Source: Octopus bimaculoides
Lineage: Eukaryota
Assembly (NCBI RefSeq): GCF_001194135.2
Contig: NC_068984.1
Location: 92,736,839-92,800,838, forward strand
Direction: 5' to 3'
DNA length: 64,000 nt
Of the stretch, positions 11,780-25,029 are shown one piece after another (the first letter of the stretch is position 1; the number at the start of each line of letters is the position of its first letter). The notes under the pieces were generated by a model. The model was not told where the DNA came from, did no database searches, and saw only the letters and a program-made list of their open reading frames with translations. A program made the position numbers and the translations under genes.

Positions 11780-12960
11780 AAGATTCGTCGTCATTGTTAT
11801 CTCATGTCTTTTACTTTATGTGACGTCATTTCCACAGGTACGGTCACCATTATTTTTCGTTTCCGCTAATACAAAATAGTTATCGCTTTTAGTTGTAATT
11901 GGTACAACCACTCATCATCATCACCATTTATTGACAATGGAATTTTATCTAAGTTTTTATCCTTTTTGGATCTATTTTAAAACGGGGGCGCCAGTATTTT
12001 CTTAACGAAACACTAACGAAACACTTTGAAACTTGGGACACTGGTAGAATGTGTCATATAAAACATCTTTTACTCTTAATCTTCTTAACAAAAAAAAAAA
12101 AGGAATTCGCAAGTTATTCCATGTTAAAGTTGTCGTATTTCTGTAATTTCAACCAATCACTGACGTCTATTCAGCTGAATAGAGTTACTGCTGGGCGGTC
12201 ATAAAAATGTTATTCCCTGTGACATATTTCATCCGGTTTAATCGTAATTTATACGCATATATTGTTTATATAATAAATTACGCTGTGCGTATCTATGTGT
12301 GTAACAATTTTAGAGTTCGGATTCTAGAGTTAGGGTTAGTGTTACGGTAACGGTTAACAGTCTAGTTAAGGTTAGGGATTAATACGATATACACCGTTAC
12401 AGCGCTAACTGTTTTCAACTGAATAGACGTCAGTGATTAGTAGAAATTATCGAAATAAGACAATTTTTTACATGAAATAAATTCGAATACAAAAATATTT
12501 TTCTGTTCTATAACACAAAATAGATAAGTATACGAAGTTTGAAAGTCTTTCCGTACCAAAAACACTACATAAAACATAAATGAAAACTGGAGCCCCCGTT
12601 TTAAAATAGATCCACCTTTTTTATTGTCTACTTTTATTTCAGCTGGTATGTTTTTCGCATTGTTTAATGAAACACAAGTAGACACTTTAGGTGCGCCGGA
12701 TGCTTCTTGTGTATCTTAATGTATAATGTGTTTGTTTACACCTACAATTAACTTCAAAGATATTAACATGTGCTCTTTTCATGTTAATTTAATGTAATTA
12801 CGATTACAGAAAGTTCCGTTGATGTATACCAACAAAGTCTCTTACTGCTTCTCTTCCTAATTACATTTACGCCCTCTATCGGAATTAATTCAGTTCATTC
12901 ATTTTTAAAATAGGTCGACATTTAATGTGATTACTAATTGATAATAAATATTTGTAAGCT
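11780..12960 (+). promoter_or_regulatory. Probable OSTF1 promoter / 5' UTR region
   Basis: CpG dinucleotides look retained over ~11.8-14.2 kb compared with the introns (visual impression). Full CRE palindrome TGACGTCA at 11821-11828 next to TTTCC; CCAAT (12153-12157) and TGACGTC (12161-12167) inside a MITE. TSS not located. Confidence 0.4.
11968..12613. mobile_element. MITE with 28-bp GGATC-initial TIRs, ~350 bp upstream of the OSTF1 ATG
   Basis: TIRs 11968-11995 and 12586-12613 match 27/28; flanks tccttttt / accttttt (8-bp TSD-like, 7/8); internal inverted repeat ~12148-12180 / 12414-12446; TTAGGG-like centre. Confidence 0.85.
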
Positions 12961-13012
12961 ATGTCAACAAAACCAAGTAGCAAGGATGCACCCCCACCTG
13001 TTCCTAAAAGAG
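12961..13012 (+). CDS. OSTF1: OSTF1 coding exon 1 ([18 protein letters not shown])
   Basis: ATG at 12961, PxxPxR motif, donor AG|GTAAAC at 13013, phase 1 matches exon 2. Short, so it rests on frame and motif fit. Confidence 0.8.
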
Positions 13013-16000
13013 GTAAACTGCTTTCAATTTTAATTGTTCTTCTATTCAAGAAAGGGAAGGTTTTAAAATGATGCTGTGGGTCAACCATATTCGCAGTGAA
13101 TATCATTCCATGAATTATCTTTTCTAAAATTTGTTATTCAATATTCATATTATAATTATTATACATTTCTTGTTCATATTATATTTAGAAGGCACATTCA
13201 ACTATGTTGCAGCACCTTCTGTGAAACTGTCCATTGATAATTTTCGATAATATTTATCGATCATAAATATTCAACAAGTTCTGTGTATTATTTTGTTAGT
13301 TACATCTTTTACATTGATTTTTAAAGATATTTCTTAAACAGTATTTCAATGTTTTCTGTAAATATCATTTTCCAGGCGTTCAGAAACTGAAGTAAGTTGG
13401 AAGAAATGTGGCGAAGGTGAAGAATACATACATCACCCGTTTTCGGGGTTAGGGTTACAACGGGTGGTGTGCGTATTCTTTACTTCCGCCAGAAATGTCT
13501 AGTCCTAGGTCCAATTATGCAAACTTAGCCATGACCATCTCATCATTTATCAGGCATAGTTTCTCCAAAACATTAAAATGATAGGGAGTATATTATGAAG
13601 GAAATTTTAACTTTTGCAAGTCCTGGGGACAGAACATCGGGCTTAGTGAATAATAGTAAACAACAAAATTCGTTTAATCATACTTTATTTGTTCGAATAG
13701 TAATCTTTATATAGATGTTAGTGGACTGAGAAAATGTATAATATAAATATAAATTGCTAGTTAAACAGGCGAAAACGTGACAATAAACATTCGGTTTGAT
13801 AGTTATATTTTGACATTAGTCAGAAATCGTGCGTGTATGCCTATAATTTGAATTGTTAAAGTCTGAAACTGAAGTATAATTCGTTTATGGATTTGGTTTG
13901 CAAGATTCTTTATGTGAGTTCGTGTGTTGTAGCATATTCTGTTGTGTCTGGGGAAAGTCATTTTCTTTTTCGTTTAATATTATACAGGATCTAAACGTAA
14001 AAATGCATTAGACACACGCCTATACAGTTAAGCGGGTAATGCCGAAATTTGGCGAATAAAACCGAAAGTTTGTTTACGGTCAAATTAAGTCGCTGTAACT
14101 TTTTCATGTTTTTTTCCTCACCTCCTCAACTCTCTTTAGACAGCATATTTTAAAGTGATATTTTGTAGAAATCGTTTTCGAGGGTGTAGATTAGGTAATT
14201 GTAATATTTCAGACGTATACATGAAAGAAAAAAAATTGTTAAAAATTNNNNNNNNNNNNNNNNNNNNNNNNNNNNNNNNNNNNNNNNNNNNNNNNNNNNN
14301 NNNNNNNNNNNNNNNNNNNNNNNNNNNNNNNNNNNNNNNNNNNNNNNNNNNNNNNNNNNNNNNNNNNNNNNNNNNNNNNNNNNNNNNNNNNNNNNNNNNN
14401 NNNNNNNNNNNNNNNNNNNNNNNNNNNNNNNNNNNNNNNNNNNNNNNNNNNNNNNNNNNNNNNNNNNNNNNNNNNNNNNNNNNNNNNNNNNNNNNNNNNN
14501 NNNNNNNNNNNNNNNNNNNNNNNNNNNNNNNNNNNNNNNNNNNNNNNNNNNNNNNNNNNNNNNNNNNNNNNNNNNNNNNNNNNNNNNNNNNNNNNNNNNN
14601 NNTCTGAAATTCTAAAATTAAGTGAAACATTTCGAAATTGGTATACTGATGTTATTTTTCAAAAATGTTACAGCTGTTTAAAGTTTGATTATTTTTACCC
14701 AATCAGAAAACGGGGTTTCAAGATGCTGGCATTTTTTGCGTGATAATTTTTATTAAACAAAATGAAAGCAAAAATTAAGGTTAATATTGACATTTTACCC
14801 GGAAACGAAATCAGAAAAAAAAAATAGTGCAACGCCTGTAAAAAAAGGTGTAGAAAACGAATATGAAAACGAAAATGCGCAGAAAGCAACTCGGTGGGGA
14901 GAAGACTTCGGAAAATTCACAAAATCCGAGTTTTTCCCTCATAACTTTTAGGAAAATGGGTCCTTTTTTTTAATGAAATTTCATATAAATACCGTTCTAA
15001 CGGCATACATTACGATTATAACGAAATTTGTGGGTAAAATCTTTGGATCTAAATCATTTCCGAAGGGGTGGGGTGAGTACTTCGGAAAATTCACAAGATC
15101 CGATTTTTCCCCTCGTAACTTTAAGGAAAATGGATATCTAATAATGAAATTGTGTATGAATACCTTTCGAACGACATGCATTACGGATGTCTAATGTGCC
15201 GTAAACCCCTTATTTTTGTTCGAAAAAGTGGGGGAGGACCCCAATAAATGCGTTTTTGAAGTGAGATGCGAAGCTGCATTAGAAACCTTTCTTTACCCAT
15301 ATTTTAAGCTTACAGTTTGCAGAAATATGTTTTCTAGAGTGTGGATTACATTGAATTGAAAATTCAAACAAGTTTGAAAAGAATAATAAGTGAAAATGCT
15401 GAAGTTATAAAAATCAGTGGTAACGAAGTCTGAACAGGAGAGAGAAAGAATGATACAAAATCCTTACAAAAACTACGTTAGTGTTTGGGTGTGTGAAACA
15501 AGTAAAATCATACTATTAAAACAAAATATCTTTTACATACCTACTAAAAATCACTGGATATATTAATCCCAGATTGTGGAATATTAGGTCACTGTAATTC
15601 AGTCATTTTTCAAGTTATGACGGGAAAAATTGGATCTTGTGAATTTTCCAAAGTCCTCTCCCTACACATTCAGAAAATATTTTACCCACAAATTTCGTTA
15701 TAATCGTAATGTATGCTGTTTGAAAGGTATTTATATAAAATTTCACAAAAAAAAAACAAAACAATTTCCTAAAAGTTATGAGGGAAAAACTTGGATCTTG
15801 TGAATTTTCCGAAGTCTCCCCCACCATTGCTTTCCATGCATTTTCGTTTTCATATTCGTTTTCTACACCTTCTTTTACACCCGTTGCACTTATTTTTTCC
15901 AATTTCGTTTCCAGGTAATAATGTTAACATTGACCAAAATTAATTATTACACTGGAAGTTGTAAGAATTTCTGAAGTTTTAATAGGTTTACATGAATATA

Positions 16001-19000
16001 GTCATGTGAAACATTGGAACAGGCAATATAAAAAGGAAAAAAATCCTCAATGAGTTTATTTTTTTGTGAAAAATTACAACCCCATCTCCCCCAAACTGTA
16101 CATTATACTACTATAGTTCAGTTCATGTAAATAGTGAAAATGAAAGTTTGAAATAGGCTACGGTTAGAGTTAGGGTTTAGTTAGAGTGGGGTTTAGTGTC
16201 AGTTTGACCAGTGGATGACCTGTGGTTAATCAATTAGCAGCATATTTTTAGTGAATATTTTTCTAAAATTTTTCTGGAACAGCGTGCGTGAAAAACTACA
16301 TTGATATATCAAATTAGAAAATTTTCACTTGATTTTAAAATTTCAAAAACTGTGACAGCAACAGAATAGACTCATTTATTTGTCTGATAAAAAAACAAAA
16401 ATGCTAGACTAACGTTCAAACTGGTATGTGAACAATTTGGAAAGAAAAAATCCTCAATGAAATTTTTTTGGAAAATATTGCCAAGAAGTGAATTGTATGT
16501 TATAATGTAGTAATAGTTCAGCTCATGTAGACAATACATTTGTTTTACAAAAGTTCAGATTATAGCTTCGTAGTGGTTTTAAGCAGACAGTAGCTTGGCT
16601 TGTACTATAAAAAGAGGCACTAATGCATCTGTGACTTGTGATTGGCTAAAATTACCCAAAATTTGCAAAGTTTGAAAGCTATTAACTTTAATTTATGGTA
16701 AAAATGAATTTCATTTCCATAATTAGCATACAAAACTACTATACGCCAAATTTGAAATCAATTGGAACAAAATTAAAGGAACTAAAAAGTGAAAGCTAAA
16801 CAAAAGAGCTGTGTCTTCATTAATACCCAGCAAGTTAGTTGCATGATAGTAATGCTTATGCAACATTTCTCATGGGATAAGATCTGTGGTCTTTCTAAAG
16901 TTTCGAAGCTCTAGATTTCCAAATATTGTAGCATCACCTGTCAGATGATTGTGACATGTCCCACAGGTCTTTCTAAAGTTTCGAAGCTCTAGATTTCCAA
17001 ATATTGTAGCATCACCTGTCAGATGATAGTGACATGTCCCACAGGAATCTTTCATTTTATGTATCAAAACAGTAAAATATTTCTCTTCATATAGATAGGC
17101 ATTAGTATGTATTGTATAAACAATGTATTTAATGAAATATCAAATTGAACAGTTTCTAATGACTTGTGTATTTAAATATTAAAAATTTGTTGTTTGATCT
17201 CTAGCCTGACCTTTCATTCAGTTTGTTGTGAGACCAATTTCTATTATGTCATATTGAAGTCAACTAGCCTTTTATAGGCTCAGCACATTAATCTATAATA
17301 ATTGGTCGTCTTACCTATCATGTGAGTTTGGAACATTGGTTGAGTCCTGTGCTTTGATTGGTCAAGTATTGTGTGGGATATAGATCAAAGATCCAATCAC
17401 ATTGCGTGTAATATATTCTTAAACAACTAATCTGAATCTACGCTGGAGCCTACCCTCTGTTTATATATAGATCTAACAAATTATCTATGAGCAGAAGGGT
17501 GAGCGATTTTCATGAAGGCAAGTCATGTTAGTATAATGGAGCACATATAACCAACAACAGCCAGAGCTGGATTATCCAAACGATGGATGAACTATACAAC
17601 CACCAGAATTTGTGATGCTCTATTTGGTCTACTGTACTATTTAATGGAGGAATAAAGTCTTGCTGTTATTTTTAAAGTTTGTTTCTTGTCTTATTTCCAT
17701 GAGTGAACATGCAACATATGTTATATAATGGTATACATGATTCCATAGTAAAACCAAGGGAGACTTTATATTATCACCATTAAAAGTTGTTCTGTTTTTG
17801 TGTTAAATTCATATGTGTAAAAGGAATAATGATACACATCTCAATGCAGGTGGATGATCTGAAATTACCTTGTTTTGGTACAGTCTACCTATGGTATGAA
17901 ATGGAAAATGCTTATCTTTTGTATAGCACTAGGTGAAGTTCTAAGTTTAAGTGATGTCAAAACTATAGTCATATTGCATTTCAGCGCAAACTCTACTATC
18001 ATATACCCTGAGGTTTGATGATCTCTCACTTAGAATATACTTTAAAAAGAAATATCTAATACTTGAATCCTCAGTTCACTTCATCCACCCGTTTCAGTTA
18101 AACCTTGAACAAAGATGCATAGGAATGTCTACCTTTGATGAACATGTACTGCAATTGAATCAACTAAATGCACTTAAATGCTACATCAAAAGACAGAAAA
18201 AACGTCAGATTAGAATTCAATGAGAATAAACTTTTATCATTTACTTGTTTCAGTCATTAGGCTGCGGCCATGCTGGGACACCACCTCGAAGAATTTTTTT
18301 AGTTGAATAGAGCAATCCCATTTTGGGGTTGCTTCATTCACCAAAAACAATTCTTTTATTTTTTTAAAGTCTGATCTCTTTTGCTGAACCACTAAGTTAC
18401 AGGGATGTAAACATACCAGCATCGGTTGTCAAGTGGTGATGGGGAACAAACAAAGACGCACGCCCACGTGTGTGTATACATATATATATAGAGAGAAAGA
18501 GAGTGAGAGAGTTTTTGAAGTGATGTACACATATTGTATATTTAGAATAATAAGGTAGTCAGAATGTTGGATGATTATATATATTTATTTTGTAAGAAGT
18601 TTTTGAGTTCATTAAGTCTAATTTGGTGAATTTGTGGGTCAGTTACTATGGTGCAGATGTGTCTTGCAATACTGTATGGAATGTTTCTTTTGATGTGTAA
18701 GGGGTGGCAAGAGTATAAATTTAAATATTGGCGTGTGTCTGTTTTTTTTTGTAAAATATGTCTTTTGTGACAATGGAGTTGTGTATATTGTTGTGAATGT
18801 CTAGGAATGGTAGTTCATTGTAGCTGATTTCTGTTGTGAATTTGATAGATGGGTGCAGTGTGTTGAGGGGGAAGTGTTCGTAGGTCTTCTTTTGGTCTAT
18901 CCCCAAAAATGAAGCAGTCGAGATAGTGTTTCCACTTCTTCACAATGTTTTCCTTGAAGTTATGATCAAAGGTTTTTTTCTACTTTCCTTGTAAAGTCTA

Positions 19001-20268
19001 CTTTCTAGGTAACTTATGCCTAGGTTGGCATATGAGGGTGCAAATTTTGTACCCATAGCTGTGCCCTTTACCTGTCGGTATATCTTATCAAATCTGAAGG
19101 TGTTTTCTTCTAGTATTAGACGAGTAGCTTTGATAATGAAGTCTGTTTAGAAATGTTCATCGATACATTTTCTGTGTTTCACTACAACAACAATAACTAC
19201 AAATATATAGACGGGGACACCCACATAAAATTTAAGAGTGGATTCCTATTCAAAGTAAATGGAAATATGAACTGCAAGGAGAATTATATTGGCGAAACTA
19301 ATAGTTCCCTTTGCAAATGTGCAAAAATTCACAGACAGCACATCCAACAAGAGGAGCTACAGAAAATTCCACTGAGTAAACTTTTGGAAATATGTGGAGA
19401 AGGAAAATTCAAAATCTTCCCCTTCTACAAATGCTCAAGGCACAACTCAAACTTCCGAAAAACAATGGAACTACACTTCATAAAGAAGTTCTCACCAAAA
19501 TTAAATGCTTGAAAAAAGGAAACAATTGGAAATATGTGAAGGAAAATTCAAAGTTCCAAAAGATAACCAAACTATATTTGACAAAAATAGTCCTCAACAA
19601 AAATTAACATAACTATATATTTTTTTGAAATTCCACCTATGAGAATTCTATATGAATTTGATTGTATTTATGCTAAAGATGATCTCAAACCATTGCTAAA
19701 ACTTCTTTACCACATTGTTGATGGACCTTGCAAATCACTCCAGATTCTGAAATTCTATAAGAACAGCTGCTTTCCCTCTTCTGTATTTGGCTTTCTTTCT
19801 CCCTTAGAAAATTCTAGGTTGGAGCTTTAAAATATATTCAAAACAGAGCAGTCAACCAGAAACAGATGAATTTGGAAATATAATTTTGACAGCATTGTGT
19901 ATTGCTTTATTAAAATTACATTTTTGCAGTCTGAAGGACAAATACTCGGACAAAAATCAAGATTAGTGGCTAAAATGACCAAAACTTTCCAAATTTATTT
20001 AACCAGAGAGATGAATCTTGAGTTATATTATTTTTGTTTTAAAATTGTAATGTGTACTTATGTATGTGTGCACAAATATGACATGTACATATATAGATGT
20101 CTTTGAATGTGTGTTTTTATATATATACATGTACGTAAGTGTGTATGTGTATATATACATATATCATCATCATCATCATCGTTTAATGTCTGCTTTCCAT
20201 GCTAGCATGGGTTGGATGATTTGACTAAGGACTGGTGAAACCAGATGGCTATACCAGGTTCCAATCTG

Positions 20269-20305
<37 letters not shown>

Positions 20306-23224
20306 CCTACAACATTAAGAGACACAATGTTCACCCATACATACACATATAAACAGCCAAAACCACATACACACACGCACGTACTATTACACACACACAC
20401 ACATACCTCCTTCTCTTACACTCTCCTGTCTTAGAAAGAACTTTTTCTTCACCCATTCCCTTCCCGTCATTTCAAAATGTAACCATGTGAATTGTTAGCA
20501 ATTTTCTTCCTTTCTATTGGACTTTCCTCTGTTTCTCAAGAAAAGCGTTGCTCAAAATGTTAAACCATCTTTCTTTCCTTCCCTGAGCGTCTGCTAATAC
20601 TTTACATGTACCACGTCCTCGCATTGTTGTTATTTTGTGTTTGTTCATATTCTTGTTTTGGATTTACTATATACCGCACACTCACATGGACCCCAGCCTT
20701 CTGACTGACTTTGGAATATTTAATTCGCAGAATTCTTTCTGCCATCGGATTATATTACCTTGTTCATTCGGAATACGCCATTTCTGCACCTTGATTGTGA
20801 ATCATTATAATTTGTCCGTGACTCGTCTTCTGTTCTACTTCCATTCTCCTTCTCTTTTCACTTTCTCTTTTCCTTTTTGTTGCCGCCAACCACACCTACA
20901 CCAACATTCACACTCTCTCACCATGCCTGACCTCCATTCCTTCCTCCAGCACCTCCACTCCCTTCTATCCCGTTTTCTTTCTATCTTTCCTCCTCAATGC
21001 CTGCAACTAGTTAAAAAACTCTCTCACTTGCTTTTTAAAAGAACTCGCCACTCTAGCCATCTCTCTTTCCTTAGCCGTTGCCTCCATCATCACATCACAC
21101 CCCGTGGCTTTCACTTAAAGTTCCATGCTACCCCCTATTCCTCTCCCTCCATCGAGCCCACCCTTGCCCGCACTTCCCACCTCCTCATCTGTGCCACCAT
21201 CCATTTCACCTGCTCCCTCCTTCACTCCCTCAACCGCCAACTCCCCCAAGCTTACCTCCTCCTTTCCTCCCTCTGCCCTCCACCCGTCACCCAACCCATT
21301 CTCCACTTTCTTCTTGATCTCAACCACCAACTCCACAATTTCCTCACACACAANNNNNNNNNNNNNNNNNNNNNNNNNAAAAACAAAAATTCCACCACCT
21401 TCTCAACCCTTCACCACTTCCCCCTCCCACATCCCCGGCACCCTCCCCTTCAGCTTCCCTAACCCCTCACACTCCCACAACCACCACCCCTCTCCCCTAC
21501 ACCCTCCACACTACCACATGCCCCTCACCCGGGCATCCCTACCCATACCCCAACCCCTGCACCCTCCACACACCTACACGATCCCCACCTAGACATTCCC
21601 TCCGTACCCTACCATTCCAACCCCCCTCACACCTCTGCACCCCTCCCTCACCACACTGCTCCATGCGCTGTTGTCACCGTACCACCCAACCTTCCCCTGT
21701 CCGCTGCCGAATACTCACTCAGTAAGAGTCTCCGCTTCATACCTCTCCTGCCTCACTGCAACGAATTTGGGACCTGCACCAATGTCAGCCAGTTCCTGTG
21801 CCACATCAAACTACACGAGTTTTTCCACATGTCTACACAGCCTCACGACAACCAGGATTGCTTCTCGGAGCTGGGGTGTCGCCCATCCAACTGGACACCA
21901 CTTCCAGGCCAGTTCAGTAGCCTAGACTTGTTAGTGCATGACCGCGATGCGTTGGTCAACCAATTCAATTTCAAAAATAGATCCCTCTGGCACCCACACT
22001 GAATCAATCGTCCTTCGCGAACTCTGTCGCCACAACGACATCATCATCAAGCCAGTAGACAAAGGTGGAGCAGTGGTGGTGTGGCATGTGGACCTATACA
22101 AGGAGGAAGCACTCAGCCAGCTTCGAAATCTCCTCTTCTATCGCCTCCTCCCCTCCGACCCCACTTCCTCCTACCAACAGTACGTGTCCTCCACCATCCT
22201 TGACCTCGTCTCCTCTTCTGCCCTCCCCCACCACTACCAACCTCATCATCCGAACACCATCTATTTCCTTCCCAAAATACATAAACCTGACAATCCTGGC
22301 CGCCCATTGTTTCCGCCTGTAATTGCATCACAGAACTCATTTCAATATACCTCAACCACATCCTGTCCCCTTTAGTTGCTGCTCTCCCATCCCATATACA
22401 TGACACCAATGATGCCCTTCGCTTTTTCAATTCCTTTTCCTTCCATCCTGGCCCCTCACACCTCCTCTTCATACACACACATACACACATGCACGCACAC
22501 ACAACACATACATACATGCAAACTTACACATACATGGGCATGCACACAAACACATGCATGCACACAAACACATGCATGCACACATACAGGAACGCACAAT
22601 ATACTCCACATGCACAGCTGCACGTATGCACACAGACATGTGCAGACATGCACCCACTACAAAAAACACACAACTTGTACACATGTGCACACACGTACAC
22701 ATACTTCAAACTGCCAGCCAAACACCTTTCTACTGACCATTCCTCTACGCACATGTGAAGAGACAACTACACAAAAGACTGCCACTCCTGTTACCATGCT
22801 GTTGAATTCTTCCTACATCATTGAGACACAAAGGTCACTCACACATACACATATAAACAACTAAAACCACACACAAGACATACACATACATATGCACACA
22901 CAAGTGCTATTACACACACACACTCAGACTTGCATGCACACACAAGCCCACACATACTCAAACATACCTCCTTTTCTTACACCCTCCTGTCTTAGAAAGA
23001 ACCTTTTCTTCACCTATTCCCTTCCGGTCATTTCAAAATGTAACCATATGTGAATTGCTGGCGATTTTCTTCGTCCGTCTTCCTTTCTGTTGGTCTTTAC
23101 TCTGTTTCTGAAGAAGAGCATTGCTCGAAACATTAAACCCTTTTTCTTTCCTTCCCTGAGCATCTGCTATTATTTTGCATGTACCACGTCCTCGCGTTGT
23201 TGCTTTTTGTGTTTGTTCATCTTC

Positions 23225-23271
<47 letters not shown>

Positions 23272-23752
23272 GTATATATATATACATCACCACACAACTA
23301 CTGTGTGTATATACGTACTAAGGGGTGTATACAAATGCGTGTATGTATCCATGTGTATACACATATGTATGTGTGTGCACATTCATGTATATGTATGAAA
23401 TTATATATGTGTATATATGTATGAATATATATGTATATGTGTGTATATAGATAGATGTGTGTGTGTGTGTATGTATATATATATATATGTATACAAATGT
23501 ATGTAAGTATATGTGTGTGTGTATCTATATGCGTATCTTTTTACTCTTTTACTCTTTCACTTGTTTCAGTCATTTGACTGCAGCCATGCTGGAGCACCAC
23601 CTTTAGTCGAGCAAATCAACCCCCGGACTTATTCTGTGGAAGCCTAGTACTTATTCTATTGGTCTCTTTTGCCGAACCGCTAAGTGACGGGGACATAAAC
23701 ACACCAGCATCGGTTGTCAAGCAATGCTAGGGGGACAAACACAGACACACAA

Positions 23753-23783
<31 letters not shown>

Positions 23784-24995
23784 CATATATACGACGAGCT
23801 TCTTTCAGTTTCCGTTTACCAAATCCACTCACAAGGCTTTGGTCGACCCAAGGCTGTAGTAGAAGACACTTGCCCAAGATGCCACGCAGTGGGACTGAAC
23901 CCGGAACCATGTGGTTGGTAAGTAACCTACTTACCACACAGCCACTGATTATACACATTTATGTCAACACTACTTGTATAAATACAAGATTAACTCCCCT
24001 TTATAGTCCCATTATAAATAAAACATTCCTCTCCAATTTTTATCGGATTTAAATCATCTTATTATCTCCCAATTTTATANNNNNNNNNNNTTTATACTCT
24101 AAATTTTCTTTTTTTCTTTCCTTCTTTTCTTCCCTTCTTGTCCAACGTACTGTCTAGTAGCGTTCCAACCTCCAACGGCTTTTTCAAATAAATTACGTAA
24201 CAATCTTCTCGAGCTACAGTTCTCATATTCGGTTAAAAAGTCTTACTGTTAAGCTGGTTCCCATGCATTTCCCTGAAGAGAAGATTACATTCTTATCNNN
24301 NNNNNNNNNNNNNNNNNNNNNNNNNNNNNNNNNNNNNNNNNNNNNNNNNNNNNNNNNNNNNNNNNNNNNNNNNNNNNNNNNNNNNNNNNNNNNNNNNAGC
24401 GGACGTTAAACGATGATGATGATGATGATGATAATGATATATATATACATAATATTTAGATTTAGGTGTATATGGTATTTAAGTTTAGACACTAGAAATA
24501 AGTATGGGTTTATCCAGTTTCAAAATATGTTGATTAAAATCAAAATAAGCATGAAGGATATCCAAAGTTAATGCAATACGATCATTTCATGTGACTCCAT
24601 TTATTTAAGTAATGTGAACATTACATCAAATGTAAAATGCAGAGCAATCCTCAGCTGCACAAAGATATAGAAATTTTATGAAATTACATTTCAACAGAAG
24701 GACATATCTTTATAACTACGTTTCAACTCTCCAAGTAGAAAGGAAGAATACAAAAAAAAAACATTTTGACTTAGCCAGACCTTACAGGCTAGTAAATAAT
24801 TCTGAGCAGATTTTTATTGATAGGTCACAGAAAGTCTGTCAATAGCCAGCTGGAGAAGGTGTTTTCCTGGGGCTACAAGCTACAGTAGCATTCACCCTTA
24901 GCGGTTAGCCACATTTAAGTGGCAAATATATTTCATGTTGTTGTGCAGCTACTGTTTATAGCTCTTTCAGAAATATATATATAGATACATATAAG

Positions 24996-25029
<34 letters not shown>

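Noticed and set aside
14110-14135. Minus-strand donor GAG|GTGAGG suggesting a divergent or antisense gene
   Set aside because: A single splice-like motif with no supporting exon, ORF or partner site.
22376-22864. His/Thr- or Cys/Val-rich ORFs (also 3150-3416, 23090-23424, 34253-34519, 50962-51791)
   Set aside because: Translations of (CA)n/(TG)n/(TA)n low-complexity DNA.
23880-23946. tRNA gene
   Set aside because: A/B boxes continue into SINE body and tail; no complete cloverleaf.
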